Origin: Rhizophagus irregularis
Taxonomy: Eukaryota
DNA length: 64,000 nucleotides
Reading direction: 5' to 3'
NCBI RefSeq assembly: GCF_026210795.1
Contig: NC_089430.1
Span: 1,426,001-1,490,000, forward strand
The stretch's first letter is position 1. Every line of letters starts with the position of its first letter. The notes beneath the pieces are model-generated. The model made no database searches, was not told the DNA's origin, and worked only from the letters and a program-made list of their open reading frames with translations. Shown in pieces: positions 49,393 to 63,045 of the stretch. Position numbers and translations under genes: made by a program.

Positions 49393-52300
49393 GATAGTAG
49401 ATACAAGCAATTTTTTTTGACTTTAGGATTTAAAAATTTAAATATTCAAACCAATAATCGCAAGTTTCACTAAATTATTTGTACAATTTCACGTATTTTG
49501 AACACAGCGATAATACACAAAATTTTCGTATGATTTTCATGATTTTGGTACATAACACAGCCATTGTGTTTCTATTTTGTAATATTTCATATGACTACAT
49601 ATCACTTTACTTTGTATTTGAATGACTAATAATATTACTAAACATTCTTATTTTAGGACAGCATTTATTAGTAATATAGGGAGGAATCGGTGCCGGAAGA
49701 TTAGTTAATGGTGAGAATCGGGAGTGGCTGAACTTGGACAAAGTTGTCCAATATCGTAATTTGAACGATTAATGATCATCCGGTAAGTTATTGGAGGGAT
49801 GAAAATATATCGAAAGTTGGATACTATCCTTTCTTTTTTTAATGCAGACTGCTAACTTTTTTTGAAATTAAATATAACAAGTGTACTAATTACATGTATA
49901 TAGTAAAGTTCAAATTAAATTTTTTCGTAATATGTAGAACCAATTGTATTACAAATATTTACTGCTAGTAAGTTTTTGTATGAAATTTTTATTTGTAAAA
50001 TCCATCAAAATATTTATCTATAGAGATATAAAAGGATGATATAGCTTGTATAACATATTACAAAAGTTGCCTTCGAACCTTTTAATTTTCGGTAATACAT
50101 AAAATTTCATCGGTAGTATAAGTTATGATTGTATAACACAATCATGTGATTTTATATAAAAAAATTTTTCTCAAAACCGATTACGTCATTAAATTTGTCG
50201 ACAGGCAAATATATCCATAAATTAAATTTCTAAGTAAATTTCAAACCTATTGAGTGTTGACTTTCAAACATCGTCTAAGCTCAATATACTTGTCGGAATT
50301 AATTACGGCATATGGAGTTTATACGTAATAATCCGTAATGCTTTAATTCAAATACCATAAATAGAAAGTTATGCGATACAAAAAAAGAAATTCATTTGAA
50401 TATTTATCAAAAAATCAACATTAACATTATAGATTTACAATTTATGGTATTATTAATATGTATTTATGAATAATATATGAATATTCAAAATGCCGAATTA
50501 ATGATTCAGTAATTCTGACGACACATATAAAGCTCAAACACCTCAATTGATAGGCCGACTGATCACTGATGACTGATGAGTGGTTCGATTGGTCAAAAAA
50601 TATCAGATTTTCAGAGTTTCAGAGGGTTTCCTAATTTTATGAAAAACAAGCAAGCTAAAAACCATCTTTTTTCTTTAATGATCTTCAATTAATAAAAAGC
50701 GCTCAATCATTATTTCAATTTATTTTATTCTTAGTATAACAAAGATGCAATATAGAAATTTACTTTTAATGCAAGAATCTTTTAAAATAAATAATAGAGA
50801 ATTTGATACAAATATGCATTGCATTTTAACCTTTAATCAAATTATTATTATAATAAAAAATTCATTGCTTAAAAACTATGCGATAAAATAAAAGAACTGA
50901 TGTAAAAAATAACAATATATTTATATCCATCAAAATTTCTTACGAAACTAAAAAAAAAAATTAGTGAAACATACTTTAAAAATTGATGTTAAACTATAAC
51001 GTATAAGTATACCAATATTTCTTAAAGAATATAATATCTAGTTTAATAAATACTACAGCTTTATCTTATGATTCGGGATTAGCCTTGATTATTTTGATGT
51101 AATTGAACTCCATTATAACCTGAGATATCTTCACTACTGTTTAAAGGAATTAAAGATGCATCACAAGCATTATTATCTGAGTATTCTTGGAAGGTGGGTT
51201 GAATATTTATAGTATCGAAATATTGGTTGTGGGATGGTATTTTGTTGGTAATCAACAGGTTGTTAAATAGAAGGAATTGAAGATACATCGTGAGCACTAT
51301 TATCAGAATATTCTTTAATAACTAACAGATTGTTGAAAAATTTGTTGTCGAATTAAATGTTGCACATGATTATAATGATAAGGAAGCCGATGACCAGGAA
51401 TTTGAGATAAATCAATTCTATTATTCACGAACTCCATTGAATTTAATTCGGTATAAGTAACGTGATTAATACGCGTATCATTTGGTAAAAGATAAAACTC
51501 AAATATAGTATTAGTATTATTACGAAGTTATTTTCAGTTTGATGACTTTGATCCATTGGTAAATTAGAATAATCTTGTGAATTCATGTTTCTAATAATTT
51601 TTAAATTAAGAAAAGTTAAATAAATATATTTTTTTTAAAATAAAGAGTAACCATATATTTATATATTTTTCTTTATATCTATGAGATTCTAAAAAACTGT
51701 TATAAATTGTGCAACAGCGAAGTCTTGTGCGCAGTCTTGTGTATCAGATTTTTCCCCCCGATTCCATATTCATCTTAGTTCGACGATCAAAATCTATATA
51801 AAGTAAAACGAGATTATCTCCATGCTAGTGACGTTTGATATAAGTAATACCAAGGAAACAAAATGATGATCATTGATTATTGAGACAACGTTCTTACGTT
51901 AAACCGTTATATCGTTGTACATCGCTAATACCACTAAAATAATCACAAATGTATAATCAAAAAATTAATTCGAAAAAAACAATGAATTCAGGTAATAATA
52001 TTACGCAAGATTATTCTAATTATCATAACTTCATAAATAATAATTATGAAACCTCTAAGTACACTTGTCTAATTGTCATACTAATGCATAACATAAATAA
52101 TATGCAGTAACACACTGATATTTTTTTACTGTATTATTGCGTAAAATATCTTTGATATTTTTGACGCAAAAAAAGGCATGCTCATTATTGATTGTTATAC
52201 TTAAGCACAATGAACATCACTACTTGATCAAATTGAAGGAGTTGCTTGAGAACGGCCTAAATATATGATTCAAATATTATGTTGTTCTTTTAAATCTGCT

Positions 52301-53080
52301 TAAGAATGTTCAATAAGTTCAATATAAAGTAAAAGTAGAACATGCATTATTCGCCTAACCTAATTCTGCTGAATTTTGGTATAATTTTGAACTATATGAA
52401 ATATGTAAAAATACCGGTCTGAATTAAAATATGAATACAGAATAAACCACAGTTTAATATCTTTTTATTTTATCACCTTGCTTAAAAAGATAGTTTGTTG
52501 AAATAAGATCATCCATAAAACTTTTAGTTTATATAATTAGTATGCTTTTGGTTATAAAACTTTTTTTTTTAAACAAAAAAAAAATTCAGTGAATTTCAAT
52601 ATGAGAAGGCTCACGTGTCGCGACACTTATACGTTGTAGCCCAAAGCCCGTGATGAATCACGTTGCCACCTTAGGCTTAACAAGCTTAATATAACTAAAT
52701 ATATCAAAAAATAATTTCCCAAATTTCGTATTCTGATTTTCACAAACTCAAAATTTACCCTATTAATAATAATCCAAAAATACTTTCTCCAAGAAACAAT
52801 TTACCCTTTTTTCACTTTTCAACTCAAAATTTTAGTTTTTCAAAATTTTATGCTAATTTACATTTTTCGAATTTTTCCTTCTTTTGGAACTTCTCCTAAA
52901 ATATAAGTGCTCCGATTTTTTCCTTTCCAAAATCTAATTATAGATCGTCACTCGAATCACATGTTCTCTAGTTTAACGTCATCTCGGACGTTTGTTGCGT
53001 CATACAATTTTAAATTTATACACTAATTCTAAATATAATACTGCGCCTCATAATTAATAAATTCACTAGGTAATTTACGG

Positions 53081-53266
53081 ATGCCGTAATTTATAATGGT
53101 GTAGTTAGCCGAAAAATAATTAGCCGCAACGTGATCCGGACCCTGCTCAGGCGTAGATTGTCGTGGAATTCCAGGGATTTTCTGCGATTAAACCGGGTCC
53201 GGATGATCGGCAATCAGGAATTCGGCTCCGGTTTTCGGCTAACTACACCATTATAAATTAAGGCAT
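53081..53266. repeat. Foldback element: 35-bp inverted arms around a GC-rich core
   Basis: ATGCCGTAATTTATAATGGTGTAGTTAGCCGAAAA at 53081-53115 versus the reverse complement at 53232-53266 (34/35 match). No clear TSD. Confidence 0.8.
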
Positions 53267-53429
53267 TATAACTTCATATTCCATTTATAAAAATCGTGAT
53301 CGACCAACAAGTTACTTTTAAACCGAGAAATGTTTTTCTACACGTACACCGTTATACAAAATCGATTTTGAAAAAGGATTTACATTTTGGCGTTTTTTTT
53401 CCTGCTTTCGTAAAATTAAACTTTGAAAA

Positions 53430-56400
53430 ATGTCATCTCACGAACGATGTGAAAAATGTGGTGAACAATATACAGATATATATAATAAATGGTGTAAGCC
53501 ATGCCAAATAAATATTTTAAATAAACATTTAATAAGTTGGAACAGCGGAAATGAAAAAATTGACAATTTAATAAAAGAAATGCAATTAAAAATTGATTAT
53601 GATATTGGTATAGTATTTGAATGGATACCATACAATCAATTTATATTTAGCAATATGGAAAGATGGTCCATTAAGTTACAATAACAATAAAAATGAATAT
53701 ATAAGAAATCAGAATAAAAAAGTCTTTTTGAAACACTTGTTTAATTCAAACAATTCCATTAATGAATTTTTATTTAAGGTATGGAGTCTCTTTATTAGTT
53801 TATTTAAATGATGTAAATGCTTTATAATATAAGAATTTTTTTTTTATACCTAATAGGATAAAATAGAAAAATGTTATTATAAAAAGAAAATATATGGAAT
53901 ATCTCAAAGTTCAAATACAAAAGATTATGTTATGGTTATCTTGGATGGATTTTATTGTGAAAAATGTGGCAAAAAATATAAAAATGAACGCTATAAGTGG
54001 TGTAAAACATGTCAAATAAATGATTTAAATAATAATTTTGCAGATTGGTCCAGTGGAAATGAAAAGATTGATAATTTAATTCAAGAGATGAGATCAAAAA
54101 TTAATAGCCCGTGGGATAATATATTTGAATGGATACCTTATAATCAATTTAAGGATATTAAAGAAATTGACAAAGAAGGTTTTGCTTCAATATATAAAGC
54201 AATATGGAAGGATGGTCCATTAAAGTATAATAATAATATAAATAAATATACAAAAATCCAGCAAAATAAACATGTTACTTTAAAATGTTTGATTAATCTA
54301 CAAAATGTTAATAATGAATTTTTAAACAAGGTATGAAATTTCCTTAAATATTTATGATGCATTGTCAGTATAATAATTTTTTTTTTTATTAACAGGTTAA
54401 AATACATTCAGTCAGTATTTCTAATTATAATAATTGTATATATGGAATAACCAAAAATCCAAATACAAAAAATTACATTATAGTTCTTTCAAACAGATAT
54501 TGTGAAAATTGTGATGAAAAATATACAAATTTATATAAATGGTGTCGACCGTGTCAAATAATTGACTTAAAAAATGATTTTATGAATCGGACTAGTGGAA
54601 ATAAAAAAATTGACAAGTTAATTCAAGAAATGCAATTAAAAATTTATTCTTACAAAGATATTATAATTGAATGGATACCATACAATCTGCTTAACATCAT
54701 TAAAGAAATAAACAAAGGAGGGTTTATTGCGTATATAGCTTTATGGGTTGATGGTCCGTCAAATTATAATTTGTATAAAGAGAGATATGTAAGAGATCAG
54801 CAGAATAAACGGGTTGCTTTAAGATATTTATGTGATTCGCACAATGATAATACCGATGAATTCCTAGTAAATGAGGTATGAAAATTTCTATCTAGAATAA
54901 AAAATATATATTTTTGATATAATAATTTTTTACACTTAATAGGTTAAAGAATGTTCAATTAATGCTCCAGGTGGTAATAATGGTTTTCCAATATATGGAA
55001 TATCTCAAGATCCAGATACAAAAGATTATATTATGGTTCTTTGTAATGAATATTATTGTGAAGAATGTGGTGAAAAATATACAGATATTCTTAATAAATG
55101 GTGTAAGCCATGTCAAATAAACTATTTGAAACCATCTACAACTAGTAAAATTGAAATAATTGATTATTTGATTCAAATAATGCAGCTAAAAATTGCTTCT
55201 TGTAATGATATAGTATTTGAATGGATAACATACAATCAATTTAATCAAATAAAAGAAGTAAGCAAAGGTAATTTTTCTGTAGCAATATGGAAGACTGGTC
55301 AATTAAATTATGATAAATATTTGTCAAAATACAGAAGAAATCAGAAGAATGAAAATATTATATTAAAGTATTTACACAACACACAAAATATCGTTAGTGG
55401 ATTTCTAAATGAGGTATAAATTTTTTTTTTGTTAGTTAATTGTCTCAGTTTTTTTTTAATGTAACAATTTTTTATATCTATTAGGCTAAAGCATATTCAA
55501 TTGAAAGAAAAGATGATTATATTAATATATATGGTATAACTCAAAATCCGGATTCAAAAGATTATATTATGGTCATTTCAGATGGATATTGTGAAAGATG
55601 TTATGAAAAATATACAGATTTGCTTAACAAATGGTGTAAACCATGTCAAATAAATTATTTTAAAGAAAATTTTACAAACTGGACTAGTGGAAATAAAAAA
55701 ATTGATAATTTAATTCAAGAAATGCAATTAAAAATTGATCGTTGTGGCAGTTTAATATTTGAATGGATACCATATGATCAGTTTAATTATATTAAAGAAG
55801 TAGGTATAGGTGGTTTTGCTAAAGTATATTCAGCAGTATGGGTAAATGATCAGTTACGTTACAATTGTCTTGAAAAAAGGTATGCAAGATATGGCCAGAA
55901 TAGAGAGGTTGCACTAAAATGTTTATATAATTCAGAGAATATCACTGATGAATTTTTAAATGAGGTATGAAATTTCTTAATTTTATACTTTTTATACTTT
56001 TTTTTTATAATACATAATAATATATTTTTAAATAGATTAAAGCATATTCAATGAATATCTTTGGGAATATTCTTCCAATATATGGAATATCTCAAAATCC
56101 AGATACAAAAGATTATATTATGGTTCTTGGTTATGCAAAGGGTGGAAATTTTAATTATTGGGTAAATAACAATAATAACAATTTTAATTGGCTAAATAAA
56201 ATGAAGATACTATGTAATATTATCAAAGGACTCAAGGAAATTCACCAAAATCAAATGGTTCATCGTGATTTTCATACAGGAAATATATTATTTCAATCTA
56301 AAACTTTAAATTATACATATATTTCAGATATGGGATTGTGTGGAAGAGCTGATGATGTTAATAATCACAATAATATTTATGGAGTTATGCCTTATGTAGC

Positions 56401-57083
56401 ACCCGAAGTATTAAAAGGAAAACCATATACTCAAGCAGCAGATATATATAGTTTTGGTATGATTATGTATTTTGTTGCAACTGGGAAACAACCTTTTGCT
56501 AATAGTAAGCATGACCACTATCTAGCATTGAATATATGTAAAGGAGGCAGACCTGAATTAAATGAGCCAGAAGCACCTGAATGTTATATTGATTTGATGA
56601 AAAAGTGTTTGGATTCAAATCCAGACAATAGACTAAAAGCAGCCGAAATAGAAGAATTGCTCAAATTATATTATTATTCGTATAAATATGATGAAGTTTA
56701 CGATGAATTTTACAAAAAATCACCAGCAGGATCAAGCTTTAAAATTTGTATGAAAATTGAAAAGGAACAGAAATATTATGAAATTGAAAGGCAATTCAAA
56801 ATATCAGAAGAATATAGAAAAGTGAACCAGCATTTGTTCATTAACAATCTTACTACTCATCTACAAGCTATTTATACATCCCGATTACTTAATCCTTTTG
56901 TAGAGGAATTCCTTAAAGATGGTAATAATTTTGTAACTTAAGCAATATTTTTTTTAAATTTATTATAATATTTTAATTAATATTTTTTAATTTTTAACAG
57001 ATATCAATAAATATAAAATTACTGACGATATGAGTGTTGATTTTTGTTCATTGATCGAAGAATCAAGTGATCAGAATGATTAG
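53430..57083 (+). CDS. TKL-type kinase with five tandem [Cys-finger plus kinase N-lobe] modules; first module frameshifted near 53640; last exon 57001-57083
   Basis: Five repeats of CEKC..Y....WCKPCQ..SGN..ID.LI.EMQLKI..FEWIPY..EFLNE|V, each with an intron at the same position. A single C-lobe: HRDFHTGN, ISDMGL, GVMPYVAPE. Confidence 0.82.
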
Positions 57084-58547
57084 TTTTAAAGGCAATTATT
57101 TTTGTTTTAAATGAAACATTAGGCATATTTTAATATATGAATTATTTAAATAAATTGTTTAACATTTTTCAATTTTTTTTTATAAAAAAGGTTTCGTGAT
57201 ATTAAGTATTTAAAAATATGTGTATATATTTACTTTTTTAATCGAATTATTTATGACATTAAAATGTAAGTTTTTAGTTTGTAATTTAAATAACTTATAT
57301 TAGCATGAAATTTTTGTATTATTATCCAATATATATACAATAAATTTTATAATCTTAAAGGATTTTTGCGTTAATTCCATGTTATTAATAAAATTTAAAT
57401 TATATGAATTTTTTAATAAAAGAAAATCGGTAAATAATATCATTTTCTAATTAATATATTAATTAGTTTAATATTTTACATACATTATATGCATTAAATT
57501 TATTAAATCAGATAATTCAAAGTAATGTTCAGTTTGGTCAGTTTAACTGGAACTAAATGATGAAATAGTTTTAACATTTGGCATTTTAGTTTCAGCTGGC
57601 TGTTGCAATCGTTATATACGTGTGCATAGTGTGCATAAAAAGTCACTTTTTCTTTATCAAACATTTATTAATTTACATACAGACTGTATATTTAAAAAAG
57701 ACAAAGTTATGTAAACATGGATAACATATTTATCTTCTAAAAAATTATAATCCATCCATTGGGTCAGTTCGTACAAATTCAATTATCTTTGCTGGCTTTC
57801 TTATAAAAGTCTACTAATTTCTGAAAAAATATTATTTAGCTTTAAATCTCGTAGATTGAATTAATAATTTAATTATAGAATGTAATATTGATCAAAGGTT
57901 TTATGTATTACTTATGATAGAATAAAGATAAAACATTTAACTCACCGATTTCACATTACATTTTTTGCGGATTCATTATAATGTAATGAATTAGCATAGA
58001 TGGAAAACATAAGTACAAACTACGCACAATTATTAATATATCAATATAATCAATGAAACTATGAGATTTAACATTAAAACTACTTCGCTAGTGCACATCA
58101 TTTCGTGTTACAACTTTCATCAAAATTTTGATTTATGGCTGAAAATCAGTCACAAGGTATATCATGAGGTTCGTTATATTAGGAATGGAAAAATTTCCAG
58201 TGCGTGATCAAATTCCAATTTCTTCCTAAGTTAACTTTTACAAAAATTAAAACAAGTTAAAAAAACCCTCCTTTTTAGAAAGCATAGCAAATAATAAATC
58301 TTTAGAATACATTATTATTTTTATTTTTGAATTTAATATGCAAGAATTTAGTAACAATGAAAAAAATGTTAAATTATTTTATAATTTTTTTATTGTTAAG
58401 TTACCAGGTAAAATGAAATAATGATATAAAATATAAACTAACAAAAAAATTAGTCATTTGTTTTCATTCTATTATATTAACCGCAGTCACTGTACTTAAT
58501 CGTATTGCATTTCATATTGTGTCCCCAAAACTTTGCATGAAAATTTA

Positions 58548-61358
58548 TTTATTTATTTATTTTATGTGAAGCTGGAAAGAGTATCAAAGAGTACATATAA
58601 CCTCCGAAGAGGTGTTCATCCTACATTTAATCTATCATCCATTACTAGCTATACCACTAGAACGGACCCTAACTTCTATATATATAGACTGAACCTAAAC
58701 CATGACCGATAAAGGAACAGGTAGCCAAAATAAAAATCAATTAACCAACGCGCGTTAATCCGTATTATCCTTTCAACCAATGGAATGGATGCCGCCTGTC
58801 AATACTGTAAGAGGCGGAATGATTTACACTATTTTAAGTTGTTAAGAGAAAAATAAATGAACAAAAGAGAAAACTAACGCTAAATAGCGTATAACAAATG
58901 AGAAACCTATACTATATAATAAAATCTAAAAATTTAAAATGAATTTCAATGCCGAATGGCGTATACAAAAAGAAAATATAAAACATAATAGTTATATATA
59001 AAAAAATAATAGTGAATCCTAAAAATGTGCTAATTAGCACTACTAGATAAATTCTCATCCGAACTCTTCGTAATGGTTGAATAACAAACTTTCTTATCCA
59101 TATGAGATCTATAATACGAATCTAAATTGCCATTATCATTGGCACATCATTTAAGCGGTCTACTACCTGGATTTTTAGCAAAGGGCCTGTATCGCCCCTC
59201 TTCTTCCATACTAACGACCATAGCGGACTCATAATTTCTGTATTCCCAACGCAAATCTTCGACCACTTGATCATCGGGTACGATCTTTGTTTCACATTTT
59301 TTCTTCTTCTTTTTCTTTTCCTTCGTCTCATTAACGATAGGTGGTGGTTTCAAAGACTTAAGCAATATTTCACGTTTTTTCGATTCATATGCATGATAAG
59401 CATCTGAAAATGTCATAATTACAGAAAAAGTATCTTCATAGTAAATGCCACGTTTGAGATCAGTTTCCCACGTAATTGCAGCTTGCTGTTTCCGTATTTC
59501 TTCACGGTTAAAGGATTCATATTCTTTATATAATTCTTCCATATAACGTAACTAAGATTCACTACCCCCTCTTAAGAGGTTGGAGATTTTTCCTTTTGAT
59601 TCTTCCTTTGGAGGGTTGGTTGAGGTATCCGCCTTCATAAGTAGGCTTCTCAGGAATTAACAGAATAAGATGAGCAGGAATAGGTTCAATGTCTTCTTGG
59701 GAAGACCCTGAAGAAAGGTCAATGGTGGTCAATAGCACAGGAGGAGTAGCAACTGATTCCTTTTCGGATTGACGAACTGTAGCATCAAGATCATGTCTAA
59801 GATGTGGGATCGGAAAGTTATAATAACAGTCTTCAGGAGCAACAAATTTCTTTTTGTAGCGAACATGGAGTAAAGATTTATGAAGGGTTTGTCCTTTTTG
59901 AAACAGAAAGGATTTTCATCTTGCAGCCAGAAGTATGTCTTCAACTGGCCTGTCCTCTTTGATACAAGAATGTTTAAAGACACGCTTACATAAGCCTTCA
60001 AAGCATGCATGTTGTCTTTTACTGACATTCGGAGATTTACTTTTCCTATCTTGGAAGTTAAAGTAAAATTTGTTGTAAATGCTTTTAAGACCTTTCTTGG
60101 CGACGTTATTAATTGGATACGTATAATATTTCGTATTATAAGAAATTCCTAATCGATTTGAATAAATTTCTTTTACATGACCTTTGGTCCATCTGTTGTA
60201 GAGGCGACAAGCATGGAAATTTTTAAAGCTTACAGCTTTACTATAGTGAGGTATATTGTTATCTCTCGGACCATGAAATATATCCAATTGTTTGTGATGA
60301 TTTATGCAGGCACGTCGGTGAGAAGACATAATGAAGGGAACTGGAATGGAACAAGTTTCAACTTGTTTGGTATATGGATCCTTGATATAAGAATGATTAC
60401 ATGGTATGAAAATACCAAAGTGAAATCTATATTTTTTATACGAGAAGTTAAAAAAAGTTTTCGTAATGTGATTTCGAGTATTCTTTTTTTGAGCACGTGA
60501 TCTTATAAAATCTATACGCCCCAATAATTTTTTGCGAATAAGTTCAAAAAATTTATTTTGTATTCGGCGGGGAATTACTCTTTGTGTTGAAAAAAAGTGC
60601 AAATCTGTAGTTTGGTAATTTGCTCGTGGATTCGTGATGAATCGGGTTAGATGATATATGATAGTCATTTGTATAGATCTTCAACTCGAGTTGATTGGTG
60701 TTTAGTAAATGATCTACTACCTCAAAAAAATAACTTTTTGAACGCCGAAAACTGTAAATCCTGTTATAACTGGCTCTTTTATGTGGAGTCACGCAGTGTT
60801 GGCAAATGACCTTGAAATGACCTTTAAATGACCTGATTACGTCATGATTTTACTATGAATATATCACGTGATCATATACGAAATGACCTAAGGTCATTTC
60901 AAAAAAGTGAAATGACCTCAAAATTTGCCAACACTGGAGTCACGTGAAATTTTTTGTACACAGTGGGAGAAAGAATAGTTCAAAATATTCGAAGAAGTAG
61001 TAAAATTATTATTCAAAGAACGAGAAGGAATGTGTGTTGTCGGTAACTTGTCTTCGACAATAAGTGGGGTGTTTATAGTATCATGGTTGAACACAAAGTC
61101 ATCAGGATTAGGAGTATATTCTGGAATGTAATCATCTATTCTAGGAAAAGAGCACATACAGTATCTTTTTGTTGAGACGAAGTAGACATAAGCCCATAAG
61201 TTCAGGTTTGAAAAGAACAAAAAACTTCGTATTGTGACCGAGGCGCCCACTAGGGTCTCCTCCCCTTTGAAGTTTTCGTAGAAAACTGAAAAAAAAGAAA
61301 CTTAATGCTATTTACTGCAGAAAACTAATAAAAATAAAAAAAAAGGGGAAAGAGTTTT
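58548..61358 (-). mobile_element. Non-LTR retroposon insertion (2.8 kb) with a degraded ORF of unknown function and no recognisable RT
   Basis: 16-bp direct repeat TTTGCATGAAAATTTA (58532-58547, 61359-61374). (TAAA)n tail at the minus-strand 3' end. Chain of frameshifted minus-strand ORFs from 61250 to 59147. Confidence 0.8.
60794..60936. mobile_element. Tiny hAT MITE (143 bp) nested in the retroposon ORF
   Basis: 14-bp TIR CAGTGTTGGCAAAT. Exact 8-bp TSD GAGTCACG (60786-60793, 60937-60944). Internal AAATGACC repeats. Confidence 0.93.
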
Positions 61359-61499
61359 TTTGCATGAAAATTTAGTAAATGTCATTTAAATGTCATAAGG
61401 AAATATTTCATTCACGTAAGTAGCACAGGAATCAGTCTTCAGGATATTATATAACCAATTGTAGGGATATTAAAAAATTTCATTTGACACCTATGTATC

Positions 61500-61860
61500 T
61501 GGATTAGACCAATTATATGACTTAATATGCATTAAGTTATCAGCTGAGTTATTTAAATTAAAAGAAAAAATTAAAGAAGCCATCAAAAGTGCGTTGTGAT
61601 GATTTAGCCAACAATCAACAGAGGATGATTGATAATATCACTGAAAGAGAAATTAAAAAAATACACATAGATCGTCTTGCTTATAATCAAAGATGATAAT
61701 AAGGAAGAACATATGGTAACAGATATGAACAAAATTAAAAAATTAACAATAGAACATTTTAAACATTTTGCAGGTTCCACCAATAGAGAAGTTGAAATAA
61801 CTAAAGTGTAGTCTGATGAATATGTGCCTATTAGGAGAATTAATAAGAAATTTATAGCGG
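61500..61860 (+). pseudogene. Probable LINE ORF2 remnant (region preceding the RT domain)
   Basis: Frameshifted translation RCDDLANNQQRMIDNITEREIKKIHIDRL..MVTDMNKIKKLTIEHFKHFAG resembles the pre-RT linker of fungal LINEs. It is cut off by the next element. Confidence 0.5.
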
Positions 61861-62397
61861 TGTTTTAGCACTTATATATGTTGTGCCTCAGATCGATTCT
61901 TGCCTCAGATCGCAACTCACGCACCTCAGATTGAAATCGTCATGTGAGGTGCGTGATGTGGATCATTGATAATCTGAGGTGCCTCGGTTTTAATCTGAGG
62001 CAAATAAAAAATTTTTTTTTAAAAAAAATATCGATCGTTTTCTACTATTTTTTACTATTTTATTAATCTGAAATAGTGTTAGTTTAACTCATTAGTAACT
62101 ACACTAAAAATTACTTTAATTATTATAAAGTTTTTAATAATAACGGTTCTTTACGGCTAATTGGCTCTTTGAGGTAAGTTCAGAAGCTTTTATTTTATTT
62201 TTTTTTTGTTTTTTTCTTTTTCGGAACGGTACTAACCATTCCTACCTTTTCTTTTTTTTGTTAAACATTTTAAGTAGGTTTTTTTTGTTTTTTTCTTTTT
62301 AGGAGCCATATTTAACCCATTTCTTTTTCTTTTTTTAATAGGAACGGTTAAAATGTTTTAAGATAGAATTCAATTTTTATTTTATTTTTTCTTTTTT

Positions 62398-63045
62398 GAA
62401 CGGTACTAACCATTTTTTTTTCTTTTTTTTTAGCATTTCGGCCTGGGCTCTCTCCCGGTAAATAGGTATGCTATAATGTTTACTATAGTGTTAGTTTCTT
62501 TCTCCTAGAACGGTACTGACCGTTCTTTTTTCTTTTTTTTTTTTAGCAGTTCAGCCTGGACTTTCTCCCGGTAAAATAGGTATTTTATAGTATCTATAAT
62601 ATTAGTTTCCTTTTCCTAGAATGGTACTAACCGTTCTTTTTTCTTTTTTTTAGCATTTCGGCCTGGACTTTCTCCCGGTAAATATTTGGTGCTATGATGT
62701 CTATGGTGTTAGTTTCCTTCTCCTAGAATGGTACTGACCGTTCTTTTTCCTTTTTTTTTTAGCATTTCAGTCTGGTCTCTCTCCCGGTAAATATTTGGTG
62801 CTATGGTGTCTATGGTGTTAGTTTCTTTCTCCTAGAACGGTACTGACCGTTCTTTTTTCTTTTTTTTTTTAGCATTTCGGTCTGGACTTTCTCCCGGTAA
62901 ATATTTGGTGCTATGGTATCTGCGGTGTTATTTTCTTTCTCATATGTTTAAATAATCGGCGTATTTGTAAAGTAGAACGGTACTGACCGTTCTTTTGTCT
63001 TTTTTTTTAGCATTTCGATTTGGACTCTCTCCCGGTAAATAGGTG
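62398..63045 (+). repeat. Six ~110-bp tandem units, each containing splice-like signals
   Basis: Unit GAACGGTACT(G/A)ACCGTTC - poly(T) - TAG - CATTTCGGCCTGGACTTTCTCCCG - GTAAAT starting near 62398, 62508, 62619, 62726, 62835 and 62975. Confidence 0.9.

Noticed and set aside
51079..52110. Divergent remnants starting MNSQDYSN (minus) and MNSGNNITQDYSN (plus)
   Set aside because: Short, low-complexity and interrupted; no product can be supported.
62398..63045. CRISPR-like regularly spaced repeats
   Set aside because: The intervening sequences are homologous to each other rather than unique spacers, there are no cas genes, and the context is a eukaryotic TE.
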